Source: Alphaproteobacteria bacterium (GTDB lineage: Bacteria > Pseudomonadota > Alphaproteobacteria > SP197). From it: 64,000 nucleotides of DNA. Below, piece by piece: positions 22,042 through 32,328 of this stretch (position 1 is the stretch's first letter; each line of letters begins with the position of its first letter). Made by a program: the position numbers and the translations under genes. Under the pieces are notes generated by a model. That model was not told the DNA's origin and searched no databases. It saw only the letters and a program-made list of their open reading frames with translations. Location: NCBI GenBank assembly GCA_965228895.1, contig OZ245842.1:4864001-4928000 (forward strand). Reading direction: 5' to 3'.

Positions 22042-22081
22042 GCGTCACACAACTGTCATCGAACAGTTGTAACTTCGTCAT
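22042..22081 (+). promoter_or_regulatory. Tandem Pho boxes (PhoB sites) upstream of pstS
   Basis: GCGTCAC-acaa-CTGTCAT-cgaa-CAGTTGT-aact-TCGTCAT: 7-mers at 11-bp spacing, including an exact CTGTCAT. Confidence 0.85.
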
Positions 22082-22165
22082 GCAGGCGACGTAGCGTCAG
22101 TCGGGCCGCGGCAGGGGAAGCTTGCGCCGGCGGCGTCCTACTAGACTCAGACAGGGGATTTTATC

Positions 22166-23197
22166 ATGAAAATCAGGACGTTAGCTGTTGCGACGGCTGC
22201 CCTGGTACTGACTGCCGGCGCCGCGCAGGCCCGGGATCAGATTCGAATCGTCGGCTCGTCCACGGTGTTCCCGTTTTCGACCGCGGTGGCCGAAAAGTTC
22301 GGTGAAAAGACCGACTTCCCGACACCGGTTGTCGAAAGCACCGGATCGGGTGGCGGTCTGAAGCTGTTCTGCGGCGGTGTTGGGGAAGATTTTCCCGATA
22401 TCACCAACGCCTCGCGCCGGATCAAAGAATCCGAAGTCTCGCTTTGCGCCGAGAACGGCGTCGCCGATATCGTTGAGGTCAAAATTGGCTTCGACGGCAT
22501 CGTCATCGCCAACAGCAAAAGCGCCGAGCAGATGGATATCGGCCTGCGCGAATTGTGGCTGGCCTTGGCGTCCGAAGTGCCGGACGGCAACGGCGGCTTT
22601 GTTGCCAATCCCTATTCCAACTGGAGCGACATCGACGCGGCGCTGCCGAACTACGCCATCCGCGTCCTCGGCCCGCCGCCGACCTCGGGCACCCGTGACG
22701 CCTTTGTCGAGCTGGCCATGGAAGGCGGTTGCAAGCAGTTCGACGACGTCACGGCGCTTAAGGAATCCGACGAAGATCGTTATGACGAGATCTGCCAGTC
22801 GATCCGCGAAGACGGTGCATTTGTCGAAGCCGGTGAGAACGACAACCTGATCGTCAACAAGCTCGAAGCCGACCCGGAAGCCTTCGGCATCTTCGGTTAC
22901 AGCTTCTTGACCCAGAACGATGACAAGGTGCAGGGCTCGCTGATCTCCGGCGAAGCGCCGACCTTCGAAAACATCGCCGACGGCGCCTATCCGGTGTCGC
23001 GCTCGCTCTACTTCTACGTCAAGACCGCGCATATCGGTGTTGTTCCCGGCATCGACGAGTACATCGTCGAGTTCACCGATGAAGGTACCTGGGGCCCGTT
23101 CGGTTATCTGGCGAACAAGGGTTTGATCCCGCTGCCCGATGACGAACGCGCGAAGGTTTCGGCCGACGCCAGGGCACATAACAACCTTTCAATGTAG
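22166..23197 (+). CDS. pstS: Phosphate ABC transporter substrate-binding protein
   Basis: Signal peptide, RDQIRIVGSSTVFPF, ESTGSGGG, GPPPTSGTRDAF. Confidence 0.95.
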   Translation: MKIRTLAVATAALVLTAGAAQARDQIRIVGSSTVFPFSTAVAEKFGEKTDFPTPVVESTGSGGGLKLFCGGVGEDFPDITNASRRIKESEVSLCAENGVADIVEVKIGFDGIVIANSKSAEQMDIGLRELWLALASEVPDGNGGFVANPYSNWSDIDAALPNYAIRVLGPPPTSGTRDAFVELAMEGGCKQFDDVTALKESDEDRYDEICQSIREDGAFVEAGENDNLIVNKLEADPEAFGIFGYSFLTQNDDKVQGSLISGEAPTFENIADGAYPVSRSLYFYVKTAHIGVVPGIDEYIVEFTDEGTWGPFGYLANKGLIPLPDDERAKVSADARAHNNLSM

Positions 23198-23205
23198 TTG
23201 GTTCC

Positions 23206-23249
23206 GGCCGGTGCGCGAATTGCTGTGTCGCGCACCGGTCGCTTTTTTT
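23206..23249 (+). terminator. Intrinsic terminator or stabilising hairpin after pstS
   Basis: GGCCGGTGCGCGA...TCGCGCACCGGTC followed by a T7 run. Confidence 0.8.
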
Positions 23250-23350
23250 GGGTGAAACTTGCCGCGGTTAAGCGGAACGACACACACGACTGAGGAGCTT
23301 GCTCACTCCTCTTTGGGCATCAGAACGAGAAGTCTGCAGGGGGCGTTAAC

Positions 23351-24739
23351 GTGGGTACGGGCATAGCGACACTGGTTATCTTGGCACTGGCGTTCTTTGC
23401 CTTTGCCACCGGTCGCAAACGCGCGCGCGGTATCGCCGCCGCCACCGATCGCCCCGGCGAACTGCACTCCAGACCCACCTATCACGGCTGGTTCGTCGGC
23501 TTGGCTTGTGGCCTGCCGGCGGTCGCTCTTTGGATCCTGGCGCTGGCTGTCGGCGACCACATGGTCCAGGCCGCCATCCTGGCCGACCTGCCGGCGGCGA
23601 TCAGTGAGCTCTCGGGCCCGCAGCTTAAACGTTTTCTTGATGACGCTCAGGCGCTTGCAACCGGCGGCCGGACGACCATTGAGCCGACGCCGGAACTGGT
23701 TCAGGCGGCCGAGCAGTACGCCAGTTTGAACGCCTTACGGATCTGGGTCAGTTTTGCCGGCGCGGTTGGTTTGGGCGTCATCGGGCTCGGTATCGCGCTT
23801 CGCAAGATCGAGATCGGTTTTCGCGCGCGCCAGCCGGTCGAACGCATCTTGATGATTACCCTGTTGCTGGCAGCGACCATCTCAATTCTGACCACCGTCG
23901 GCATCGTGTTTTCGGTGCTGCTCGAATCCATTCGTTTCTTCGAGAAGGTGCCGCTCTTCGAGTTCCTTTTCGGTTTGAACTGGAGCCCGCAAACCGCGCT
24001 GCGTGTCGATCAGGTTGGCTCGTCCGGCGCTTTCGGTGCGGTGCCGCTGTTCCTGGGCACGGCGTTGGTGACGCTGATCGCCATGTTCGTCGCCGGTCCG
24101 ATCGGCCTGTTGTCGGCGATCTATCTTGCGGAATATGCCCACCCGCGGTTTCGCGCGATCGCCAAACCTGTCCTGGAGGTGCTGGCCGGAATTCCGACCG
24201 TCGTCTACGGCTTCTTCGCCGCACTCGTCATGGCGCCTTTCTTCAGGGACGCCGGCGCCGCCATTGGCGTCTCGGTGTCGTCGGAAAGCGCCATCGCGGC
24301 CGGTGTCGTCATGGGCATCATGATCATTCCGTTTGTGTCATCGCTAACCGATGACGCCATCGCCGCGGTGCCCAAGCAACTACGCGACGGGTCGTTGGCG
24401 CTTGGTGCGACGCGTCAGGAAACGATCACCGGCGTGATCATTCCCGCAGCCTTGCCCGGCATCGTCGCCGGCTTTCTGCTCGCGATCAGCCGTGCGATCG
24501 GCGAGACGATGATCGTTGTCATGGCCGCCGGCCTCGCCGCCAACATGACCATCAACCCCTTGGAAACCGTCACCACGGTCACGGTCCAAATCGTCACCCT
24601 TCTGGTCGGCGATCAGGAGTTCGACAGCGCGAAGACGCTGGCCGCCTTTGCGCTTGGCCTCGTCCTCTTCATCATCACCCTGGCGCTCAACGTCGTCGCG
24701 CTCAGGGTCGTTCAGAAGTATCGGGAAAAGTATGACTGA
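23351..24739 (+). CDS. pstC: Phosphate ABC transporter permease PstC
   Basis: LHSRP.YHG N-terminal extension, LAGIPTVVYGFF, SRAIGETMIV. Confidence 0.95.
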   Translation: MGTGIATLVILALAFFAFATGRKRARGIAAATDRPGELHSRPTYHGWFVGLACGLPAVALWILALAVGDHMVQAAILADLPAAISELSGPQLKRFLDDAQALATGGRTTIEPTPELVQAAEQYASLNALRIWVSFAGAVGLGVIGLGIALRKIEIGFRARQPVERILMITLLLAATISILTTVGIVFSVLLESIRFFEKVPLFEFLFGLNWSPQTALRVDQVGSSGAFGAVPLFLGTALVTLIAMFVAGPIGLLSAIYLAEYAHPRFRAIAKPVLEVLAGIPTVVYGFFAALVMAPFFRDAGAAIGVSVSSESAIAAGVVMGIMIIPFVSSLTDDAIAAVPKQLRDGSLALGATRQETITGVIIPAALPGIVAGFLLAISRAIGETMIVVMAAGLAANMTINPLETVTTVTVQIVTLLVGDQEFDSAKTLAAFALGLVLFIITLALNVVALRVVQKYREKYD

Positions 24740-26018
24740 CATGGCCACCAACACCTCGATCGTCGGCAAAGGAAACGCTGCTCAGGTCCGCGTCAGACGA
24801 CGCTATGCCCGCGAGCGCCGGTTCCAATGGCTGTGTCTATCCGCTCTTGCCGTCGCCGGTATCTTTCTGGTGATCCTGATCGGCAGCATCGTATCGCGCG
24901 GTTATACGGCTTTCGTCACCACCGACATCGAGCTTGCCATCACCTTCAACCCGGATCTGGTCGATCCGGAGAGCCCGTCATCGGGTAACTACCGTATGAT
25001 GGTGGTGCAGGCGCTTCAGAAACAATTCCCCGACGTCACCGACACCTCCGACCTGCGTAAGATGCTCGCCCTGTTGAGCGACGGCGCGTTCATCAAACTA
25101 CAGCGTATGGTCGAAGCCGATCCTTCTCTGGTCGGCACCACCGAGCTCATCAGTCTGCCGGCGGGCAGCGACGTCGACATGTTTTCCAAAGGCTATATAT
25201 CGCGCGATGTCGCGGAATCGTCGCGCCGCGTCGACGATCAGGAGATCGGCTGGCTGGACACCCTGGCGGCGCAAAACGCTCTGACAACGGTTCCCAACTG
25301 GGACTTCTTCACGCGCGGCGACAGCCGCGAGCCCGAACGAGCGGGCATTGGCGGCGCCCTCGTCGGCTCGGCCCTGACACTTCTCGTCACCTTCCTGGTG
25401 TCGTTTCCGCTTGGTGTCGCCGCTGCGATTTATCTCGAAGAATTCGCGCCGAAGAAACGTTGGGTCGACATCATCGAGGTCAACATCAACAACTTGGCCG
25501 CGGTGCCGTCGATCGTGTTTGGCCTTCTGGGTCTGGCGGTTTTCTTGAATGTTATGCACCTGCCGCGCTCGGCACCGATCGTCGGTGGCCTGACGCTGGC
25601 GTTGATGACCCTGCCGACGATAATCATCACCACCCGTGCCGCGCTAAAGGGCGTGCCGCCGTCGATCCGCGAGGCGGCCACCGGGTTGGGCGCCTCGCCG
25701 GTTCAGGTCGTCTTTCACCACGTCATGCCGCTTGCCATGCCGCGCGTCTTGACGGGCACCATCATTGGTATGGCCCAAGCTTTAGGCGAGACGGCACCGC
25801 TGCTGATGATCGGCATGGTCGCGTTTATCGTCGATGTGCCGGGCGGGCCGCTAGATCCAGCGACCGTTTTGCCGGTGCAGATCTATCTATGGGCCGACAG
25901 CCCCGAGCGTGGTTTTGTCGAGAAGACGTCCGCCGCGATCATGGTGCTGCTCGGTTTCCTCATCATCATGAACGGCATTGCCGTCTTTTTGCGTCAGAGG
26001 TTTGAAGTCCGATGGTAG
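24732..26018 (+). CDS. pstA: Phosphate ABC transporter permease PstA
   Basis: [38 protein letters not shown]. Overlaps the pstC stop. Confidence 0.95.
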   Translation: MTDMATNTSIVGKGNAAQVRVRRRYARERRFQWLCLSALAVAGIFLVILIGSIVSRGYTAFVTTDIELAITFNPDLVDPESPSSGNYRMMVVQALQKQFPDVTDTSDLRKMLALLSDGAFIKLQRMVEADPSLVGTTELISLPAGSDVDMFSKGYISRDVAESSRRVDDQEIGWLDTLAAQNALTTVPNWDFFTRGDSREPERAGIGGALVGSALTLLVTFLVSFPLGVAAAIYLEEFAPKKRWVDIIEVNINNLAAVPSIVFGLLGLAVFLNVMHLPRSAPIVGGLTLALMTLPTIIITTRAALKGVPPSIREAATGLGASPVQVVFHHVMPLAMPRVLTGTIIGMAQALGETAPLLMIGMVAFIVDVPGGPLDPATVLPVQIYLWADSPERGFVEKTSAAIMVLLGFLIIMNGIAVFLRQRFEVRW

Positions 26019-26860
26019 AAGCCCAAGCCGTTGCCGAGGAAACGCCCGCGCCCGATTACGATGCGCGCACCATCCGCCACGACGAGCTGCCCGAGCTTGA
26101 AAGCCCAATCAAGATCGACACCCGCGACGTCAAGCTCTGGTACGGCGATAAGCAAGCGCTCGCCGGCATCAACATCAACATTCCCGAGCGCCAGGTGACC
26201 GCCTTTATCGGGCCTTCAGGCTGCGGCAAAACCACATTCATCAAATGCCTCAACCGCATGAACGACACCATCGAAGGCGTCACTATCGAAGGTCAGATCA
26301 CCATGGACGGTCAGGACATCTTTGACCGCGGTGTCGATGTCGTGCAGTTGCGTGCCCGCGTCGGCATGGTGTTCCAGAAACCCAATCCGTTCCCGAAATC
26401 AATCTATGACAACGTCGCTTATGGCCCACGCATTCACGGCTTGGCGCGCAACAAGGCGGAGCTCGATGAAATCGTCGCGACCAGCCTGCGCCGGGCCGGC
26501 CTCTATAACGAGGTCGCCGACCGCATGCAGGATACGGCAACCGGTATGTCCGGCGGTCAGCAGCAACGCCTGTGTATTGCGCGCACCATAGCGGTCAGCC
26601 CCGAGGTCATTTTGATGGATGAACCTTGTTCGGCGCTCGATCCGATCTCGACCGCGCAGATTGAGGAACTGATCGACGAGTTGAAAGAGAACTACACGGT
26701 CGTCATCGTGACTCACAACCTGCAGCAGGCCGCGCGCGTTTCGCAATACACCGGTTTCTTTCATCTGGGCCGCCTGATCGAGTACGGCGAGACCGCCCAG
26801 CTCTTCCATAATCCTGCCCAGAGGATGACCGAGGATTACATCACCGGCCGCTTCGGTTGA
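26012..26860 (+). CDS. pstB: Phosphate ABC transporter ATP-binding protein
   Basis: [53 protein letters not shown]. Confidence 0.97.
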   Translation: MVEAQAVAEETPAPDYDARTIRHDELPELESPIKIDTRDVKLWYGDKQALAGININIPERQVTAFIGPSGCGKTTFIKCLNRMNDTIEGVTIEGQITMDGQDIFDRGVDVVQLRARVGMVFQKPNPFPKSIYDNVAYGPRIHGLARNKAELDEIVATSLRRAGLYNEVADRMQDTATGMSGGQQQRLCIARTIAVSPEVILMDEPCSALDPISTAQIEELIDELKENYTVVIVTHNLQQAARVSQYTGFFHLGRLIEYGETAQLFHNPAQRMTEDYITGRFG

Positions 26861-26886
26861 TCCGTGGGCTACAGGAAACAAACACC

Positions 26887-27603
26887 ATGATGACCACGCA
26901 GCAACACACCGTCCGCTCCTATGACACGGAGCTTGAAGAGGTAACCCGCGACATCCTGGCCATGGGCGGGTTGGTCGAAGCGCAGCTTCGAAGCGCGCTG
27001 GATGCACTGGTCGAGCGCGATCACGAGCTTGCCCAGCGCATCATCGAAACCGATGCGCAGATCGACGATCTGGAACGGCAGGTCGATGAACTCGCGACCC
27101 GTATCCTGGCCCTGCGTCAGCCAATGGCTGAGGACCTCAGGCGCGTGAAGACGGCCCTGAAGGTCGCGAGCAACCTCGAACGTATGGGCGATCTGGCATC
27201 GAACATCGCCAAGCGCAGTCTGACCATCGAAAGCGATTCGGAGATTCCCCAGCGCGAGGGCCTGAAGCGCATGGGCGCGGCGGTCTATGCCATGACCAAC
27301 GATGTGTTGAACGCCTATCGCGACGAAAACAAGGAACTGGCGGAGTCGGTCTGGCATCAAGATGAGGCTATCGACGAAATGTACAATGCCGTCTTCCACG
27401 GCATCCTGACCGACATGATAGCGGATCCCAGCGCCATCGCCGCGGGGACCCAGGTCCATTTCGTCGCCAAGAACATCGAGCGTATGGGCGATCACACGAC
27501 CAACATTGCCGAGATGATCACCTACATGACCGAGGGCGCCATGCCCGATCAGGACAGGCCCAAAGGCACCACGGTGCCGCAGGGCACGTCGGACGACAAT
27601 TGA
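26887..27603 (+). CDS. phoU: Phosphate signalling protein PhoU
   Basis: HTV.SYD.EL, ALRQPMAEDLR, LERMGD, IERMGDHTTNIAE. Confidence 0.95.
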   Translation: MMTTQQHTVRSYDTELEEVTRDILAMGGLVEAQLRSALDALVERDHELAQRIIETDAQIDDLERQVDELATRILALRQPMAEDLRRVKTALKVASNLERMGDLASNIAKRSLTIESDSEIPQREGLKRMGAAVYAMTNDVLNAYRDENKELAESVWHQDEAIDEMYNAVFHGILTDMIADPSAIAAGTQVHFVAKNIERMGDHTTNIAEMITYMTEGAMPDQDRPKGTTVPQGTSDDN

Positions 27604-27632
27604 CTGGTGCATGAGTGGGAAAACTGTAACCG

Positions 27633-28319
27633 ATGGACGCGACAATTCTTGTTGTGGATGACGAAGCGCCGATCCTGGCGCTGCTACGCTACAACTTAGA
27701 CAAGGCGGGATACCGTGTGGTCGAGGCAACGGATGGCCAGGAAGCCTTGACCTTGATACGCGAGCAATCGCCGGATCTGGTGGTGCTCGACTGGATGCTG
27801 CCCTCGATCTCGGGCATCGAAGTGTGCCGCCAGGTTCGCCGCGACAGCGAGCTGCGCAACCTCCCCATCATCATGCTGACCGCCCGCGGCGAAGAGCAGG
27901 ACCGGGTGCGCGGTCTGGAAGTCGGCGCCGACGATTACATTCCCAAACCTTTTTCACCGGCCGAACTCCTGGCGCGCATCCGCGCCGTGCTGCGGCGCAT
28001 AAGGCCGGCCTTGAGCGAAGAGGCGCTGTCTTATGCGGATCTGCACATGGATTTGGCGGCGCACCGGGTATCACGGGCGGGAACGCCCATCCATCTGGGA
28101 CCGCGCGAGTTCGACATGCTGCGTTTCCTGATGGAGCATCCCGGTCGCGTGTTCAGTCGCGAACAGCTGCTGGACAGCGTCTGGGGCAACGACATTTTTG
28201 TCGAACCGCGCACCGTCGACGTTCATATCGGCAGGCTGAGGAAGGCGCTTAACGTCGCCGAAAGCAAGGACTTGATCCGCACCGTACGCTCCGCCGGTTA
28301 CGCGCTGGACGCGGCCTAG
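27633..28319 (+). CDS. phoB: Phosphate regulon response regulator PhoB
   Basis: LDWMLP, LTARGEE.DRVRGL..GADDY, RTVDVHIGRLRKAL, IRTVRSAGYALD. Confidence 0.96.
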   Translation: MDATILVVDDEAPILALLRYNLDKAGYRVVEATDGQEALTLIREQSPDLVVLDWMLPSISGIEVCRQVRRDSELRNLPIIMLTARGEEQDRVRGLEVGADDYIPKPFSPAELLARIRAVLRRIRPALSEEALSYADLHMDLAAHRVSRAGTPIHLGPREFDMLRFLMEHPGRVFSREQLLDSVWGNDIFVEPRTVDVHIGRLRKALNVAESKDLIRTVRSAGYALDAA

Positions 28320-28423
28320 AGCAGATGCTGTTTTGACGGCATCGCGAGGCGATGCCATCAAGGCGGGCGAATCTGCTCTAATCATAGATAGAGAGCGGTT
28401 CCACCTAACCATGATCCGCTCTA
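28317..28423. repeat. Bipartite palindromic element: full A arm plus internally deleted B arm
   Basis: A arm at 28317-28380 begins at the phoB TAG. 28397-28423 (CGGTTCCACCTAACCATGATCCGCTCTA) matches half of the 987 B arm. Confidence 0.85.
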
Positions 28424-28591
28424 ACGCACGAAATTCGCCGGTTTTGGCGGTGCGGGCACCGATCTAACGGCTGTCTGCATCATATCCTTCCTCGCACCAA
28501 TGGCTGCCAAGTAACGGAAAGCACTGGATTTCTACGCCCGGCTTCGCCAGGATAGGGGCTCCATGCTTCATTGTGTGATATTCTCCCGATC

Positions 28592-29629
28592 ATGAAAGAT
28601 AGGCAGCCCTGGTCGGTGCGCGGCGTTTCGCGCGAAGCGCGCGCAAAGGCCGCTCGCGCAGCAGCCCATCGGCATATGACCATCGGCGAGTGGGTGACCC
28701 AGGTTCTGGTCGCCGCCGCCGACCGCGATCTCGGGACGGCAACGGACGAGACGGCGTCGTCCGAACCATCCGGCGGGTCGACCCTGCCGGCAACCAACAG
28801 CGGCACCGAACGCGAACTGGCACAGGCGCTCGGCGCCCTGGTTCAGCACCTTCAGAAGAACGCGCAGGAAGCCCAGGTCAGCGATGTCGTTAGGCGTATG
28901 GAACGCACCGAACACGCGCTGGTCGGGCGTATGGAGCAAATGGCCGCCGGCCTCTATAGCGTCATGCAGACGATGGAAACCCGCGCCATGCCGATCATCG
29001 ACGGTGACCGTCCTGATGGCGGTCCGCCCAAGGGCGCGCCGCCGATCATGCTGCCCGATCAATCCCGCCTGGCCGACGCGGTCGAGCGGGTCGTCGATGC
29101 CGAGGCGCGCCGGCAGGATCAGATGGCCGCGGTCGCCGACGCGCTGACCATGCTGGCCGCGAAGGTCGACAGCGGCAGCCCATCCGCCGCATCGCCTGCG
29201 CCAAACGCCACGTCCGAAGAGGCCGAAACCGGTAGCGAGGATGCCGCGTCACCAGAAGAGGTCGACGAGACCAACCTGGCAGCCGCCAACGATACGGCAC
29301 CGCAGGACAACATGGCGGCTGATGACGATGAGTCCGCTGGCATCGACACGGCCGACGAAGACGAGCCTGCCGACAATGATTCTGACGAGACCAAATCCGG
29401 TGAGGGCGTGACAGCGTCGGAGACGGACGAGGAGACGACGCCAGAATCCGACGTGGCCAAAGCGCCACCGCCGCCGGCGGCCTCTCGTTACACCGGCACC
29501 CGCGACGAGCACGGCAACGATGTCATCGCGGCCATTCGCGCGCGCAGCGCACGGCCGCCGGAGTTTGACGAAACCGCTGACGAGCCGCGCCGGGGTCTCT
29601 TCGGACGCCTGTTCCGGCGCCAGTCCTGA
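28592..29629 (+). CDS. Hypothetical protein: PodJ-like N-terminal motif, coiled coil, acidic disordered region, C-terminal amphipathic helix
   Basis: PWSVRGVSREARAKA..AA....MTIGEWV resembles the PodJ N-terminus. D/E-rich low-complexity middle; ends RRGLFGRLFRRQS. Confidence 0.7.
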   Translation: MKDRQPWSVRGVSREARAKAARAAAHRHMTIGEWVTQVLVAAADRDLGTATDETASSEPSGGSTLPATNSGTERELAQALGALVQHLQKNAQEAQVSDVVRRMERTEHALVGRMEQMAAGLYSVMQTMETRAMPIIDGDRPDGGPPKGAPPIMLPDQSRLADAVERVVDAEARRQDQMAAVADALTMLAAKVDSGSPSAASPAPNATSEEAETGSEDAASPEEVDETNLAAANDTAPQDNMAADDDESAGIDTADEDEPADNDSDETKSGEGVTASETDEETTPESDVAKAPPPPAASRYTGTRDEHGNDVIAAIRARSARPPEFDETADEPRRGLFGRLFRRQS

Positions 29630-29660
29630 ACGTCGCCGACGGTTAGCCTGCCGGCGACGT
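29630..29660. terminator. Hairpin between convergent genes (possible bidirectional terminator)
   Basis: ACGTCGCCG...CGGCGACGT stem with no clear U-tract. Confidence 0.4.
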
Positions 29661-29672
29661 CGTGCCCCTAAC

Positions 29673-30791
29673 TCAGGCGGCCAACGCCTGGTCAGCCGGC
29701 ACGTAGTCGTAGCCCAAGGCTTCCGCCACCGCCTTATAGGTCACCTTCCCGGCCATCACGTTCAGGCCTTCCTTCAGGTGCGGATCGTCGCCCAGAGCCT
29801 TCTTGACGCCGTCGTTCGCCAACCGGACCGTGAACGGCAGGGTCGCGTTGTTCAGCGCAAAGGTCGAAGTACGGGCAACGCCACCGGGCATGTTGGCGAC
29901 GCAGTAGTGCACGACCTGATGAACCCGGTAAGTCGGCTTCGCGTGGGTCGTGGCATGACTGGTCTCGAAACAGCCGCCCTGGTCGATCGCCACATCACAC
30001 AGCACCGAACCGCGCTTCATGCGCTTGACCTGGGCTTCGGTGACAACCTTGGGCGCGGCGGCACCCGGAACAAGCACGGCGCCGACCACGAGATCGGCCG
30101 CCAGCACGTAATCCTCGACCTGGTCGATCAAGGCATAGAGTGTCTTGGCCCGGCCCTCGAAAAAGTCATCGAGGTAACGCAGGCGCGGGACAGAGCGGTC
30201 GAAGATCGTGACCTCCGCGCCCAGGCCGACGGCCATGCGGGCCGCGTTCGTACCGACCACGCCGCCGCCGATGACAACCACCTTGCCCGGCTCGACACCC
30301 GGGACACCGCCCAGCAAGACACCGCTGCCCTTCTGGGTCTTCTCCAGGCAATGGGCGCCGGCCTGAATTGACATGCGTCCGGCGACCTCGCTCATCGGCG
30401 CCAAAAGCGGCAGACCGCCATGGTCATCGGTCACGGTCTCGTAGGCGATCGCCGTGCAGCCGGACTCAACCAGCAGTCGGGTCTGTTCGGGATCGGGCGC
30501 GAGATGAAGATAGGTAAACAGAATCTGGCCCTCGCGCAGCATCCGGCATTCGTCGGGCTGGGGTTCCTTAACCTTGACGACCATGTCCGCGCGCGCGAAC
30601 ACCTCCTGGGCAGAATCGACGATTTCCGCGCCAGCCTTGACGTACATCTTGTCGTCAAGACCGATTTCGCGGCCCGCGCCCTTCTCAATGATGACCTGAT
30701 GGCCGTGGTGGATGACCTCACGCACACTCGCGGGCGTCATGCCGACGCGGTATTCGTGAACCTTGATTTCACTCGGCACGCCGAGAAGCAT
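29673..30791 (-). CDS. ald: Alanine dehydrogenase
   Basis: [56 protein letters not shown]. Confidence 0.96.
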   Translation of the reverse strand: MLLGVPSEIKVHEYRVGMTPASVREVIHHGHQVIIEKGAGREIGLDDKMYVKAGAEIVDSAQEVFARADMVVKVKEPQPDECRMLREGQILFTYLHLAPDPEQTRLLVESGCTAIAYETVTDDHGGLPLLAPMSEVAGRMSIQAGAHCLEKTQKGSGVLLGGVPGVEPGKVVVIGGGVVGTNAARMAVGLGAEVTIFDRSVPRLRYLDDFFEGRAKTLYALIDQVEDYVLAADLVVGAVLVPGAAAPKVVTEAQVKRMKRGSVLCDVAIDQGGCFETSHATTHAKPTYRVHQVVHYCVANMPGGVARTSTFALNNATLPFTVRLANDGVKKALGDDPHLKEGLNVMAGKVTYKAVAEALGYDYVPADQALAA

Positions 30792-30945
30792 CACCGACTC
30801 CGTCTGATTGAAGAATGGAACAAAGAGATGGGAGATACGGCAGTTTGGGCACCGCGACCTCCCGGGTTGACGCTGCTTCAAACCATGTTCCCAGTTGGAA
30901 ATCAACCTGACGATTTCCGATGGTCATGGGCCACCCGCGCTATCG

Positions 30946-31581
30946 TCAGGAGGTAGGCGGCCGATCCGGCTCAATGCCTGGCCGCAGCATACGAAACACC
31001 GTCTCGACGACAGTGTACTCGGCATAACCGAGCCGGGCGATCGGGCGGACGTCGGCGAGCTGAACCCGCCCGTCCTTCAAGATCGCATCGTCGATATGGA
31101 TGCCGACGACCTCACCCAGAACGACCTTGTTGGGCCCCTCCGGTCCGTTCTGTGGAACCTCGATGGTCTGCAGATAGCGGCACTCCAGCGCCACCGGCGA
31201 TGCCTTCACCCTGGGCGGTTTGACCAGCCGAGAGGGCACCAGATCAAGCGCCGCCAAGGCCGCTTCGTCAACACCGTGGGGGACCTCGTCGGAGGTCGTG
31301 TTCATTTCTTCGCGCAGGTCCCACGTCACCATGTTGTGGACGAACTCACCCATGGTTTCGGCATTGGCGACGCTGTCCTTGTGATTGGCATCCAGGCGAC
31401 CGCCGCCGGAAAACATGATGACCGGCGGATCGTCGCCCATGGCATTGAAGTAGCTGTAGGGCGCCAGGTTCACCTGACCTGCCGCGTTCAACGTTGTGAA
31501 CCACCCGATCGGGCGTGGCGCGACCAGCGCCTTGAAGGGATCACGCGGCAGGCCATGGCCATTGCGCGGTTCATAGAACAT
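30946..31581 (-). CDS. Flavin reductase (DIM6/NTAB) family protein
   Basis: DPFKALVAPRPIGW, VNLAPYSYFN, KDS..NAE..GEF, PIARLGY. Confidence 0.9.
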   Translation of the reverse strand: MFYEPRNGHGLPRDPFKALVAPRPIGWFTTLNAAGQVNLAPYSYFNAMGDDPPVIMFSGGGRLDANHKDSVANAETMGEFVHNMVTWDLREEMNTTSDEVPHGVDEAALAALDLVPSRLVKPPRVKASPVALECRYLQTIEVPQNGPEGPNKVVLGEVVGIHIDDAILKDGRVQLADVRPIARLGYAEYTVVETVFRMLRPGIEPDRPPTS

Positions 31582-31626
31582 GGACCGTCCTTTCGACGCC
31601 TCTCCGCCGGGTCGATTGCCCTTACG

Positions 31627-32286
31627 CTACGCTGCTTCGTCGACGTACTTGCCATAGCGCTCGATGTAATAGGCGTCGTCATGCGCCGTCGCCTTCGCCG
31701 AATCCCGGTTCGCCATCAGGTCGTACCAAGCGCGTAGCCGTGTGCACTCCTCGGGGATCGCGGCCTTTCGATGGTGCGCGATGGCACCGAACCGTTCAAA
31801 GAACGGGTAATAGGTCAGATCGACCAGAGACACGTTCTCGCCCAGCCAATAGGGACCGTCGGAGAGCTGGCGCATGCCGTCGAACTCGATCTTTCTGAGC
31901 TCGTTCTCGACTTTTTCTTTCAGTTCCGCCTGCTTATCGGCGTCCTTGGCGTACAGCAGTCCATAGCAGTCCTCGACCCAGACGTTGTTGCAGTAGTCGA
32001 TCCAGATACGCGCCTTCGCCCGCGCCACCGGATCGCTCGGCATCATCGCCGGCTCTGGATAGGCTTCATCGATGAACTCGTTGATGATCGCGGACTCGTA
32101 GACCACGTCATCGCCAATCTTGACGACCGGGACCTTGCTGTAGGGCGAGACCTCGTTGAACCAGTCGGGTTTGTTCGACAGATCGACCTCGCGACGTTCA
32201 AAATCCAGACCCTTCTCGATCAGGGTCATGTGGGTTCGTTGGGCGTAGGGACAGACCTCGGCGGTTATCAATTCGATCTTCGGCAT
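31627..32286 (-). CDS. Glutathione S-transferase (omega-like, CPYAQR)
   Basis: CPYAQR, KPDWF..SPYSKVP, ESAII.EFIDE.YP. Confidence 0.9.
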   Translation of the reverse strand: MPKIELITAEVCPYAQRTHMTLIEKGLDFERREVDLSNKPDWFNEVSPYSKVPVVKIGDDVVYESAIINEFIDEAYPEPAMMPSDPVARAKARIWIDYCNNVWVEDCYGLLYAKDADKQAELKEKVENELRKIEFDGMRQLSDGPYWLGENVSLVDLTYYPFFERFGAIAHHRKAAIPEECTRLRAWYDLMANRDSAKATAHDDAYYIERYGKYVDEAA

Positions 32287-32328
32287 GGTCGGACCTCCTG
32301 TCCTTGGGACACGGCGCGGTGGGCTATC

